Part shown: positions 12,963 through 25,956 of the stretch, piece by piece
Numbering within the stretch: position 1 is the stretch's first letter
Layout of the letters: each line of letters opens with the position of its first letter
DNA from: Octopus sinensis
Lineage: Eukaryota
Direction of reading: 5' to 3'
DNA: 64,000 bases
Assembly: GCF_006345805.1 (NCBI RefSeq)
Contig: NC_043004.1
Location: 19,096,001-19,160,000, forward strand
The notes under the pieces: generated by a model
The model's input: the letters and a program-made list of their open reading frames with translations, nothing else
What the model was told of the DNA's origin: nothing
The model's database searches: none
Position numbers and translations under genes: made by a program

Positions 12963-15299
12963 GTGTGTGTGTGCGTGTGTGTGAGTGGTATTACAGATAA
13001 ATGACCGATTTACAACGCCGATATGGCATTCGCATAATATATATAGATTCATTATCAGGAATCTATAAATATTACACGAATATTAATTTACATAACTTTA
13101 GTCTTACGGTTTTTATAATTTTGTCTTTTTGTGCTTTTATAATATCATTCAATTTATATTACGGACTTTGATTTCAGATTATATGTGTTATGCTTATTGA
13201 GACCATATTTATAATATTTTTATTATCATCGTATTTATATTATTCTATGACAGGTATTGGCAATTTTGTTATATGCCCATCATTTCTTGTTGAAGTTTTA
13301 GTCAGATATCAGCCCAGATCAGGTAGGATTATTTTCGAGATTGAGGTCAAATTTATTAGATAGAAATTTTCAATAAAATCAGATTGATGCATTTCTGCAT
13401 GTCTGTTTACTAGATATCAAAATATTAAACTAGAAGGAAAACACCTTTCGTACCAACATAGCATGCTTCATTTTGCATTATGTTGAACATAGAGTTCTAG
13501 TTTAAAAACATTTCATTTACTTTTAACATATTGAAAATGAAAGCGATAAGTCAATACTTTGCAGGATCGCAAAACAATTTGCTTGTTTTAGGGATAGAAC
13601 CTTTTGCGACGGCAGCGTGTTTCCATAGATTGGGAGAAAGGTTCGAGAGTGAAAATGTGCTTGAACACCATATTCTTTGTGAGTTATTTTCGATGTGTCA
13701 TCCTTATAGTGTCTTAAAATACATGATCAGTTAAAATGTAGATGTTATTGATTTATGTATACGGAATATTTTTGCAAGGAAACCTTTTAGCAAGGCTAAA
13801 TAGTAACAGCTATATTTGCAAAATGCTTAAAATAGAGTTTAAAATATAGAGTAGATAATTGTAGAAATATATACAGAATAGTGCTTGACGCCACCGGTGA
13901 GATTTCTTTTTTCACAGCTCTAGATTACATTTGCTGCAATCATTAAACAAACTTTACTGTCAAAAGTTGAAAGTTAAAGATATATTTAAAAGAAATGATA
14001 AACATGTAAAATTTTCCATGTCAGAGGCATTTATTTTCTTTCTATATACATTACGCAAAAAAAATAACAGAAAAAGCAGTGCCTAATATATTTTGTATCC
14101 TATATAAATGTAATATTATGTGTGTGTCCGTACGTATCCGCATATGAAACTATAGTCGCATACCGAAATAAATATATGCAGATGCCGGTGAGCGTAGTTG
14201 TTGATGAAGTTTTTAAAGTATATTTGATACTATTTGCATGATGTTATATTTCAATATGAATATATAAAAAATAGATGTTAATATAATAATAGAAGTTTGG
14301 AGTTAATTCTCAATATGTATTCGCTTTGAGAGCCAATGATAGAAGAAATGTCTTTAACAGAGAATTATTATTGGAGTGCTTCAGATTTATCTGACATAAA
14401 CTTACAAAACGACGTCATGAGTTATTGCTGCCTCCATAAACGTAAAACTCAGTTAAGCTTTAACAAAATACGATTACAAATAATGTGCGACAATTTGTCT
14501 TTATGGCCAAGATCTGGCTGGATGCAAATTGACTCCTGCTTCAACTGGTTTAGCGATATTCATTAACACCATTAAATAACATGAGATTTAATTTGACTTG
14601 TTTTCGTCTTATTCAGTATTCTCAGGGTTATATTAACTTTTTGTTTTCATAGATTTTGTATAATGTCAGGTTTGTAAAAGATGGTTGCTTTCTCTTTGAG
14701 ACAATTACCAAGACTGCTGACTCTTGAAATCAATTGTTTCCCTTTTAGTCACGGCTTCTATTCTTTAGCGTGATGATTGTATCAGATTTTAAAATAGTTT
14801 TCTTGTAGGTATTATAATTAAATCATTTAATTTTCTAAGAATGAATAGCTTAAATATTTCATGATAAACAAAACAATATCAGCTAACACGATTTTAAGTA
14901 AGCACACTTTTCAATGTGCCTGTTGTAATTCTTCACGTTAGCTACGATGTTATTTAATTTCATTGCGTGTTTAATGAAATTAAAATTATATAAATACTAA
15001 AAAGACATAACGACTGAACTCCTCACTGCATTACCATAACACTTCGATCTATAATATAAGAAAATATTGAGTAGTGGGGAGAAGGCAAAACTAAATTTCG
15101 ATATTCACAGATCCAATAAAATTATCAATGTACAAATCAAAAGTAGCAAGGAAACATAATTGTCTCTCCCCGTTGTGGATGAAGGTGATTTACTTCTCTT
15201 CAGATACATTACTGGTCATTAAAGCTTCTAATTTAATCGGCGTTTATTATTGATTTTGTCCTGGTAGTTGGAACCTCTAAGTTAATCGTCATTGTGTAT

Positions 15300-15670
15300 A
15301 TTGATTTGTTTCGGAGCAAAAGTATTTGCCATGGATTTTGCTGGCCTTCTGTGGTTATGGTTCCACTCGAACAGTCACAAGTAGACAGTAGCAGATAAAT
15401 TGTGATGAAGGAATTTCTGAAAGCTGATTTTCTAGGAAGGAAGACTTTATATTGTATCTAATATGCGTCCTGGGAGCGGACATAATATGAGTGACGAGAA
15501 GAGGAGGAGGGGTTAGTGAGTCAGAAGTACCTAAGTGGAGATGACAAGAGACAAAAGATCTTCGTGGTAGTAGTGGTAGGGAATACAGAGGCAGGAGACC
15601 ATATTTGTTACTAGATATAATAAGCAACTTCAAGCCTATCACTCGAGTGAATTTTCTTTGGAAGCAGTCA
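15300..15670 (-). mobile_element. Highly degraded LINE (APE endonuclease region) remnant
   Basis: Minus strand LGTSD resembles the end of the APE domain (xSDH); no intact frame. Confidence 0.3.
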
Positions 15671-15704
15671 AGTAAAAATTGTCTAAATACATATATGATG
15701 CCCG

Positions 15705-15920
15705 AGGCGATGACCTGGCAGAATCGTTAGCATGCCAGGCAAAATCCTAAGCGGCATTTCGCTGGTCTTTACGTTCTGAGATCAAATTCCGCGTGGTCGA
15801 ATTTGCTTTTCGTCCTTTCACAATCGATGACGCAAGTACCAGTTGCGCACTAGAATCGATGTAATCGTCTTAGCTCCTCCACCGAAATTGCTGGCCTTCT
15901 ACTAAATTTTGGAACCAATA
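15705..15920 (+). mobile_element. tRNA-derived SINE family A
   Basis: GGCGATGACCTGGCAGAATCGTTAGCA head, GAGATCAAATTCC B-box-like motif, conserved central domain. Confidence 0.85.
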
Positions 15921-16616
15921 TATATGAGGTGTCTCTGTGTGTATATCTTTTTCGTAACACTTTAGAATTTCAAGCTGTCGAATTTGTCCCTCTTTATTAG
16001 ATTTACACTTTCTAAATCATTTGACAGGAGCTGGAGTTGTTTTGTAAATTTATTGTGTACGGAAGTTGATTTTGCTAGCTTCATTGTTTCATAATGCTAT
16101 AATTAACGTTCATAAATTCAGATAATTCTCCCGGCATCGCAACATAATACGCTACTTTAGCGTGTGGTCTAGCGCACTATCTATATATCTATAGTCTATG
16201 CAGTGAAATGACCTGATCTGGGTTAGGGTTAGGGTTAGAAACACTTTAAAATTACAGATTGAAAGTTCAGACGGTGAAAGTCCGTTAGTGCTTTCTCATG
16301 TCTACACAAGAAATGTGGTTCTTCATGAACTTCTGCGGTGAATCATTCCTGTATAGTATTTTGAGATAAATATAATTTCCTTTTTTCGTGTTACTTTAGC
16401 ATTTTCATTTACTTACTCATTTTCTAATTATCAACTTTCATCGGTTTATTTTTTCAAAAATAACGTCGTCATCGTTGACGGCTCCGGTACTCTAGCATAT
16501 TATAAATAACCTAAGGCCTTAAGATCGAGAGAAATAAACAACAATGCAACGAATGTAACTCATGTGGTTTTTATATTCCAAAGCACACTCCAAACAACAA
16601 TGAAAAAATACATCCG

Positions 16617-16618
<2 letters not shown>

Positions 16619-16663
<45 letters not shown>

Positions 16664-16737
16664 GCCGCCGTCACCGCCATCACCATCCTCGATACCGCCG
16701 CCATCACCACCACCACTGCTACTACTTCTATGCACAG

Positions 16738-16772
<35 letters not shown>
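16619..16772. repeat. Compound microsatellite (TAC)n/(CAC)n/(CT)n
   Basis: Direct reading. Confidence 0.95.
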
Positions 16773-16776
<4 letters not shown>

Positions 16777-17267
16777 GTCTCCCTGTCTCTTTCTCTCTTC
16801 CTATTGTTTTCCTGTAGAATATGACCTCGATATTATTACAGTTCACAGTTAACAAGTGTCTGGAATTTTAATATTTTTATCATTTTATCATATTTGATCC
16901 TTCGTTGTCATCTCAATAACCGCATTTTATCGACTTTATTACTTTCTCATTGTATCACATTTAAATATTTCATAATGTTATTTCGTATAAAGATAACTGC
17001 TACTACTACTACAACAACTACTACTACTACTGCTGCTGCCGTTGCTGGTGTTGTTGGTGTTGCTGCTGTTGTGATATCACATGTTTAAACGGCATCGTTT
17101 ACTCTCTATGATCTAAGTCATCATGCCTGATACATATCTTTTGCAGATTGGTTTCTCGAAGAGTTGAAAGAATGAAATCGATCCCAGAGGATTCATCACA
17201 TAAATACCGTAACAGTGTTATGAGGTTTCTGTCTCTGCACTACATTTTGTTGAAACTGTTTTAAAAT

Positions 17268-17295
17268 GTGGTGGTGGTGGTGGTGGTGGTGGTAG

Positions 17296-17348
<53 letters not shown>

Positions 17349-17462
17349 TTGATGATGATGTTGATTATGGTGGTGGTGGTGGTGCTGCTGCTGGTGTTGA
17401 TGATGATAATGATGATGATGATGATGATGATAAAAGAGGAGGAAGATGAGGAGATGAGGAGC
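17268..17462. repeat. Compound (GGT)n/(GAT)n microsatellite
   Basis: Direct reading. Confidence 0.95.
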
Positions 17463-17931
17463 AGGACTAAAACGAGAAGAAATATGATTTTGCGAAGATC
17501 AAACTTATACGAATAATTGTTTTTCCTTACGTTTGAAAATTGGAAAAACAAATGTAAAGTTGCTTGATTATATAGTCTGTGTAATTAATTACACAATGAC
17601 ATTCACATTAATTAATGATATTAATTCTATTAATATGTATTACTAACTATCCATATATCAAAGGTTTTATACAAACAGAAAATCTGGATATGAATGGACA
17701 TCAAAGTATCTGTAACAGAATGTAGTACGTATAATTGAAATTCAATGTGTTTCATACAAGCAGAGTATAATCATACTCTATCCATCAAACTTTTCTGCCA
17801 CTATTTCTGCGAAAGTAGTGGAGTGGATGGTAGAGGTTTCAGATCCCCAAGGAATTATGGTTGCAGTTGTATAAAAATGGTGAGGTGACTCCTCGATTTA
17901 ACAGAAGTGCCCATTTATAATTATGAAGGTC

Positions 17932-18001
<70 letters not shown>

Positions 18002-18090
18002 TCAATATTAGGGAGTATATCCAAACTTACAGGGAAAAATTTAACAGAAATTTAACAGAGTTGCCTAATAGTGGTTTTATCTCCAATTTA

Positions 18091-18128
<38 letters not shown>

Positions 18129-18584
18129 TATATAATTTTAGCTTTAATAAAAGAAGCATAGTACTCTACGTTCGGTATTTGAGTACTATTTTTTCCACCT
18201 TGCATTTATGTTTTCCTTACTTGTGTATATATATATTAAGCTGTGCCCAATTACTGCTTCAGCGAAGCAAGGTAAAGTGTTTGCATATACATAGGCACAA
18301 TGAGTCAACTGGTTGTCTAGACTAACATTGGTTAATCTGTCTCACTTTTCAAGCCCTGTGTGCGTATGTGTCCGAGTATATGTGTGCCTTTCAGAAAGTG
18401 TGTATGTTTGTGTGTTGTTGCAAAGAAAATTATATAAATGTAAATTTTTCGCAAAAGTGTTTAAAACTGTTTGAGTATATTTTCCCGTTTAAATGTAAAT
18501 TCCAATATAATGTTTATTCTTTAATTCTGTCTTTATATTGTATTAAATCATTTTCTTTTATTGTTCCAGAATATAAGAAAAGAC

Positions 18585-18635
18585 ATGTGTCGTGTTGTGT
18601 GTAACCCATTGACAATAGTTTTGATATCAATGCAG
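18585..18635 (+). CDS. Putative first coding exon (signal peptide) of class B1 GPCR; exon 18570-18635
   Basis: Acceptor TTTTCTTTTATTGTTCCAG (AG 18568-69), ATG 18585, MCRVVCNPLTIVLISMQ, donor CAG|GTAAGT at 18636; phase 0 matches the exon at 53972 and gives MCRVVCNPLTIVLISMQVYNSLA-FNQT. Confidence 0.65.
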
Positions 18636-18939
18636 GTAAGTAAATATTGGCAATATACTCTGAACCGTAAAATTTTCAAATGTCATTTTTATATCGTAAA
18701 TTCTCGCAATTTATTTCGGGGATGTAAGTGTAAATATTTCAAGACATGCTGGTTTATGGCTGAGACCTAAATTGCAGATTACCATTCAACTTTTCCTGAA
18801 ACGGAAGCGAAAACGCAGCTGTGTTGAATGCCGTGTATGGCAGTCACAAGCAGTTGTCATGGAAACCGAAATGCACGTGCATCTCGTGGCGGTGTGGGAT
18901 ATAAAAATCAACTTGAACTGCGTTTCTGGCATTCGTAAT

Positions 18940-21043
18940 TCCTGCACATTCGCAATTTGTACCGTTTTGTGTTGGTTTTGTTGTTATTTCTACTGTTGAG
19001 ATAAGTACCTGTGTTATATTGCTTGTTGTAGGTTTTCCCTTTTGGGATTACCTGTTGTTGTCAAATTTATTTCTGCGTCTTTTGACGCACAATCTGCAGT
19101 TGCAGTCTTGTGTCCATTTAACGTTTCTTTCGTTTAAAAGCGAATTGTTTTTTCTATGCAAGAGCCGTGCAGCTTGGAGGTTGAAAACTTCCAATGTGAA
19201 TCGGAGGACCACGTCGTGGAGCAGGCGCCTAAAGAGGCTCGAATTAGCAATATCGGAGGCAGCTACGCGTCCATGACCAAAGTTGACAGTTATGTTTCCA
19301 TGGCCGAAGTCACCAGCGAGGGAATGCAGGTTAGTGGAGAAAGCTCGAAAATTATAAGGTCTTAATCCAGAAGGGGGGGTCGAACTTCAGATTGGCCTCA
19401 CCAAAGAAAGTTATAGATAGCCCGAAGAAGAAAACGATCACCTATAGAACATTATCAATGGCAACAAAAAAGATAGAGATGGCTTCCAAGGATGCCATCC
19501 AAAAATGTTTACGCCAAATATGGAACGAAACAATGTTTATAAACAGGGGGAAACGTTTCGATACGGTAGAGGGGAGATTTACGTATGAAAACGAAGCAAT
19601 AAAACACTCATCTACACCTCTAAAGTCGGCAGAGCTTGTGCTACAGCCGACTTACCTTGATAGACGGACCTCCAGAATTAGAGTTGGGGAGGTCCAACGA
19701 GTGATAAAGGAGAGGTGACTGAGAGCAGCCATTTTGTTAAACATGAAAGAAGAACTACATAAACTGAAAACGACCAAAACACAACAGCTAAACTTTTGGG
19801 GCTATGGTCTGGAAGTAATAATTTAAGTCACCAAAGGGATCTGGACAAAGTTACAGATCTAATCAATTAAGAGTGATAGTAGGGGGCAGAAGCTCAACGT
19901 GCTACCAATGCAGGGAAAAAGGTCACACAAAGGATAAGTGCCCACAGGTTTTGCACCCAGTAGTACACCCCACACCCAGCTTTCTCATACAATCAGTTGA
20001 ACCAAAGGACATTAGATCAGACAAACCCGCCAGCCTATCAATAAACGACAGGCCGAAGGAGGGGAAATCGACCAACAACTCGACTAACCTAATGCTGAAC
20101 AATATCCCAAAAGAAAAAAAGCAACAGAGACCATATCAAAACAAAGAAAGAACAGAGAACTATGAAAGATACCCACATCGAACTATCACAAACTGAAAGC
20201 ATCTACGTTGAGGAGTCGGTCAGCAAAAGAAGGGATACAAAAGGTATCCGCCACCTAAAAATCTACCAACTGCAAACCAAGACCAGCAACCACAAAGCAC
20301 ACACACAACTCAAACAAAGACAACCAACAGTATGATAGCACACATTTCTCAAGCAACCTACTCGTTTGCCACATTCACGCAGGACATTTCACCACCATCA
20401 ACACCTAATAAAACAGACACGATTCTTCGTCCAATCCCTCCAGACACAGACTCAGAACGGTCACACACAGATACACTTGCTGACACAAAAGAGACACAAC
20501 TCCGCCCCCACCGAAAAACGGCCTTCATAATGATTTACAAGGCAAAAAATGCAGCACTGAAAAAAAAGATAACAAAACAAAAGTTAATCATAAACGTGAA
20601 ACCAACCATTGGTGATTTCTCAGCAGATATGAGATGTTCTCTCATTGATAAAGAGAAGTTCCAGAAACTTAGAGAGACATTTAGGTCGGATATGGATCTG
20701 TTGGGACTGGAGGTGGTGATTGATTTACTGCCTCCAGTCGCCGACCACAGTGACTTGAACGCACTGATCATTAAAAAGTAAGTTAATTTTATAAAAGAAA
20801 TATGTTTTTATTTTAAAAAGGAGATACATAAAAAAGACTCCAAAGCGGTAAACATTAATCTAAAAAAAGAAAAACAGAGTTAAATGAAGCTGCTTGGGTT
20901 GAGAGTCTCGAGTAGCCGTCATTACACTTTCGCATATTTTATATTTCATCCACTTTGTCACTCTCCACCTCACGTCCACTTTTATGTTTGTCTGTCCTTG
21001 TGCCGTCCCCTCTATGTTTATCCTTTTAGGATAAATAAAATCA
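18940..21043 (+). mobile_element. ORF1-only (gag-like, CCHC) non-autonomous non-LTR retroelement, Tx1/L1-like ORF1, degenerate
   Basis: 9-bp TSD ATTCGTAAT (18931-39, 21044-52); broken ORF ~19156-20781 with zinc knuckle CYQCREKGHTKDKC; no endonuclease or RT motifs seen; A-rich 3' end with AATAAA. Confidence 0.75.
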
Positions 21044-21067
21044 ATTCGTAATCTGGGTGCATCAGGT

Positions 21068-22062
21068 GTGACCCGATTGTCAACAGCGCAGAGAGAACAA
21101 GCCATCGCCCGATTGCAAGCAGGACATCGTACCCTGGTTGTTGCGAAAACTTACAATGTCCATGTCAGCACCATCTATCACCTACAACAGCGATACAACA
21201 ACGCCAACAGCACTGCAGACCGAGCCCGCAAATTCCCCAATCCCACCCCGGGTGACACCACCCAGGCAGGACCGCTCCATCCACCTTGTACACCTCCGTG
21301 ATCGCTTCAGATTGGCTAGCATGACAGCTCGCGAGACCATTGGCACTGGACAGTGACCTATCAGCGACGACACGGTACGACGTCGACTGACCACCAACAG
21401 CCAGCGTTGCCGCCGTCCTGCTCGAGGGCGTCCTCACTACCCGCTACCGTTAGGTGCAACTGCAGTAGGCTACACAGCATTGACATTGGCGACATCAACA
21501 ATGGATATCGATAGTCTTCTCTACATTTCTCAGATGGTAGAGTGAGGGTATGACGTAAAAGGTGAAGAGAGACTTCTGGGGTGGCCAAAACCTCATGGTT
21601 TGGTGTGCTATACGCCTGAATCAGAGAATTGGACCACATGTGTTCTAAAATGTTGATGCAGGAGGAGAGAATGGTATTACAGCTCAGGGCTACGTTGACC
21701 AGATCCTACGACCTCACATAGTGCTTTTCTTTACACGCCATCATAGCCACGTGTTCCAGCAGGGCAATGCTCCCTCCCACACAGCCAGGTTCACCATGGA
21801 TTGCCTGCATCTGCACAACAGCAGAACCATGCCGTGGCTGGCTCTCAGCCCGGATTTGAATCCAACCGAACACCTGTGGGATGAAATCCAGAGGCGACTG
21901 AACGAGGTGGTTCCAAGACCGACAACTCGTGTAGAACTGGAGGCAATTTTCCTCAGGATCTGGGCCGAAGTGCCAATGGATTTTGTGAACTGCCTCATGC
22001 ACTCCATGTACCGACGATGTCTGGCCGTTTTGAACACCCAAGGAGGGCATACACGGTATTGA
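21068..22062 (+). pseudogene. Tc1 transposase pseudogene
   Basis: TRLSTAQREQAIARLQAG (HTH), FQQGNAPSHTAR, WLALSPDLNPTEHLW, GGHTRY; frameshifts, stops and loss of catalytic Asp residues. Confidence 0.9.
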
Positions 22063-24087
22063 ACATGTCATGCCCTAGAATCTCGATGTTCTGGATCCGC
22101 CCACTACCAGAACACATGACAATGACCCCTAGACTGCGGTCAAAGTGCATCAAAGTAATTCACTTTATCAGATTTATCAAAATTTATCTCTGACATATTG
22201 AAATTAAAAGATATTTCACAGTCACATACGTCTCGCGCTTCTTTTGCGATTCAGTGTATTTCAAAATAAGACTGTTGCGGATATGTTGTTTCAGTTGACC
22301 AAATATGAGGGTCAAAGTTTAATGGAAACACAAAAAGAATGGCTTTATGTTATGTTCATGTTTCTGAAAGCTTTTTGGGATAGTAACGTATCAAATGGTT
22401 TAACCCAGAAATTACACATTGCTAGTAAATTACATGGTAGACACATTAAACGCATATACAAATACATGCCGACAATAGTGGCGTCAATACTATTTACTTA
22501 CAACACCTCAGACGACAGTGCAGTAAAAATAGATTAGCGTACATCTCTACCAGACGTGAGCGAATGTATTCCACTGGTATCTAAAACACTGAGGTAAATA
22601 TTTGTAACTTTTGTACATCATTGACGAATGCTATACAAAATATATCTAGTTTGAATCATCAGAGGTCTTAAACTACAAATAGAAATATACTTTGTATTCA
22701 TTCGACAGAAGATGCATGAAAATCTAAAGCGATAAAATATTAATATATAGTCACACAATGAATCGAGAGTAGAGTTATTGGTGTATACATAGTGTATCTC
22801 TTTTAAATACTCATAAATACAAAAAAAAAAAAATGAAAGGAAAGATGAAATGCTTATATTTAGATTGCAAAAGATATTATTACTAAATTTTAGTGTACTA
22901 CTCTGATATTAAAAAAACAGACCGTAAAATATCTTGAGGAAAAATATATCTTCAGAAGGGAAAGATGTCTCAGTTGCACAAGTCATAAGAAAGAATAATG
23001 ATCGACAATATGTTCTATATCTGTCATGCGCAAACGTCAGTCAGCGGGACTTTATGAATAGCATGCCAACGAAAACGTACCATGAAGTATTTTAGAAGAG
23101 CGGCCCACCTGATGATTAAAGCCTTGTCTCATGCAGTCTACTCGTCATAAAAGTTGCCCATGCCTGTTCTATATTGTCACAATTTAATCTATAATAATCT
23201 AATTCAAACTACAACTTATTACACAATTTACTCGAGTTTCTTTAGATATGGAGCTTATGCCGAACACATACATGCACATACAGACACACACACATTTTGT
23301 GCATAAAGCGTATGTGCGTGCATGCTTGTGCGTATGTGTACGCATTGGCGTATATTCATGTGTGTGTGTGTGTGTGTGCGCGCGCGTGCGTGGTGTGTAT
23401 GTATGTGTATGTGAGTGTGATAGAGACAAGCAGAACCTACGAAAGAAAAAGGTAACATTTTATATATACACAATAACATTAAAATACAACTGCTATCATC
23501 AGATCTAAGATCTTTCTTATCTAGATTCTCACTTATCATTTAAACAAGTAATACATTTATTTTGTGTTAGGCCGCCCAATCCTAAAGTCGTTTGATGACA
23601 AGTTTTGTAAAAGACGACTACACAACTGAAACAAGACACCCTTCTAAAACCTATAGAGGTGCGTCAAATATTTAGATATTTTATTGCCATTTACAAAAGG
23701 AGCTGCTAACCTCCAGTTTTAGCTTCATACTAAATGAACAGGGAAATGTAAACTACAGTAATAATCTTCGTCAAGGAACGAAAATGTTTAACAAAAAATT
23801 CTGTTTTTATACAAAACTTTAATGACCATACAGCCTAATATGCAGAAATTCATTATGTTTCTATAAGATTTCTAGTGCAGTATAGATACACAAAATAATT
23901 TGACCAAATACGTTTCAAACTAGATAATGTAATGGTTTATAAATATGAATTTGCAAATCAAAGAAATCTGGACAAAAGAACTTTCAAACAAAAGATTTTC
24001 ATGCATGAGAATGTTAAATGTTATTCAGTTCAAAAACTTAACTTCCGTCCAGAAGTTATTTATAGAAGAACAATATATGAATGTATG

Positions 24088-24256
<169 letters not shown>

Positions 24257-24299
24257 TATACATACATTCATATATTGTTCCTCTATAAATAACCTCTCT

Positions 24300-24465
24300 A
24301 TAAATAACAACGCGAGGACGTGGATCAAATATAGTATTATTGGACGCTCAGGAAAGAAGGAAAGAAGGAAGGTTTAACGTTTCGAGCGGAACTCTTCGTC
24401 GGAAATATAGGAGAAGGAAAGATCCAGAGAAAGGAAAACAGGGGAAAAAAATCGCCAACGGTACA
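24300..24465 (-). mobile_element. Short 3'-end copy of the PLE family at 56-58 kb with minimal hammerhead (24373-24405)
   Basis: Minus strand TTT-CCGACGA-A-GAG TTCCG CTC-GAA-ACGT-T-AAA; flanks similar to 56190-56340 and 51540-51735. Confidence 0.65.
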
Positions 24466-24489
24466 CACACACACACATATATATATATA

Positions 24490-24524
<35 letters not shown>

Positions 24525-25313
24525 GCAACGGAAGCTGTATTGATGCCAAAAGGTAATTTTTATATCCATCTTAACCCATTAACGCTATGGTACATTTTTA
24601 ACAGCCGAAGGATAATCCACAATATTTCATGAATGAAAATAGATCAGGATAAAAGTATTGTTTATTGTAATATCTTTACAAGATATATAGTCAGTGTTGT
24701 GCTATTTTTCTTGCTTGAAAACAAATGCAAGGAATACAGCCATTTATTTTGTCACTCACGAGTAAAAAAAGCACTCTGGATCAATTCTCAATTGATGAGA
24801 AAAAAGATACCGGAAATAGTCTAACACGGCGATGTTTTAGGCATCAAATCATTTTGTTAAATCTGTGTAAAATATTTTATCGACAGATAAGATTTTATCG
24901 TCAATAGATTGGTCGCGCCATTTTACTTAAGAAAGTAAACTACATTTGTTACAATTTCAACAGAACAAAGACACACATCTGACTTAAACATGACCAACGC
25001 TCAAGTAGAACCCTAATAGACCCTCCAAATATTAGGACTCATTCTAAACGAGTATTTTTTCAGGTGAAAGCATGTCCTCTTTCTTTCCTTTTCTCGGAGA
25101 CATGATATTTCCAAGCGGTTGCTCAAAATCTACAAAGATTAAGTGAGGAGCACAATGGATTATTACTTCCACTTCTGGGATAATGCTACTGTTGCACATA
25201 TAGACATTTAGGATCGCATCCCGAGACAACCTAATTGATCTACTGGCATAAAATCACCGCTGAAATCTCACATTTATCACCTTTTTCTAGTCATTAGAAT
25301 AATTGGTTCTTTA

Positions 25314-25638
25314 GGCGCATGAGGACGCGTGGAGTAGTGGTTAGGGTATTCGGTTGACGATCGTAAGGACGTGAACTCGATTTCCGGCGGCATGATATGT
25401 CCTTGAGCAACACGCTTTATTTCATGTTGCTCCAGTCCACTCAACTGGCAAATGAGTTGCACCTGTAATTGAAAGGGCGAGCCTTGTCACAAACTGTCAC
25501 GCTGAATCTCCCTGAGAACTACGTTAATAGTACGCACATCAGTGGAGTGCTCAGCCACGTGCACAATAATTTCACGAGCAAGCAGTCCCATTGGTCAGAT
25601 CAATTGGAACCGTCGTCGTCGTAACCGATGTAGTGCCA
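25314..25638 (+). mobile_element. tRNA-derived SINE family C
   Basis: A-box-like TGGAGTAGTGGTTAGG, B-box-like GAACTCGATTTCC, then CORE-like GTCCTTGAGCAACACGCTT. Confidence 0.7.
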
Positions 25639-25649
25639 GTAGTATATTC

Positions 25650-25885
25650 TTGGTTCCTACCATTCCCACTCAAGCACTTCCAAATCACTGGTTTCTCCTC
25701 CCCTTGTCAAGCATGGTATCCTGACACCACCTCTCAGACACCACACTAAACAATATTCACATCCTTTACTCCCCAGATCGTTTTCTGCCTGGAATCTCTT
25801 CCTTCCTCACGTCTTCCTAGTAATTGACGATTTACAACAATCTAAACGGAACATAAATGCGTCAACCTCATTTGCCTCAGAGAGC
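25650..25885 (+). mobile_element. 3' end of CR1/Jockey-type LINE ORF2, degraded
   Basis: Resembles the C-terminal motif PR..AWNxLP.HVF...DLQQxKRNIN. Confidence 0.45.
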
Positions 25886-25924
25886 TGCGAAAGACATGAG
25901 TACTGGTTGTAGCTCAAACTCCAG

Positions 25925-25956
<32 letters not shown>

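Larger units (their letters stand above)
18658..22256 (+). mobile_element. Tc1-family DNA transposon (dead), split by a nested 2.1-kb insertion
   Basis: TA-flanked TIRs TACTCTGAACCGTAAAA vs TACACTGAATCGCAAAA (14/17); TATAAAA at ~18900; transposase remnants follow the insertion. Confidence 0.85.

Noticed and set aside
22551-23166. hAT/Charlie element
   Set aside because: Right end TTGCCCATGCCTG looks hAT-like, but the left end matches only 9/13 and no 8-bp TSD is evident
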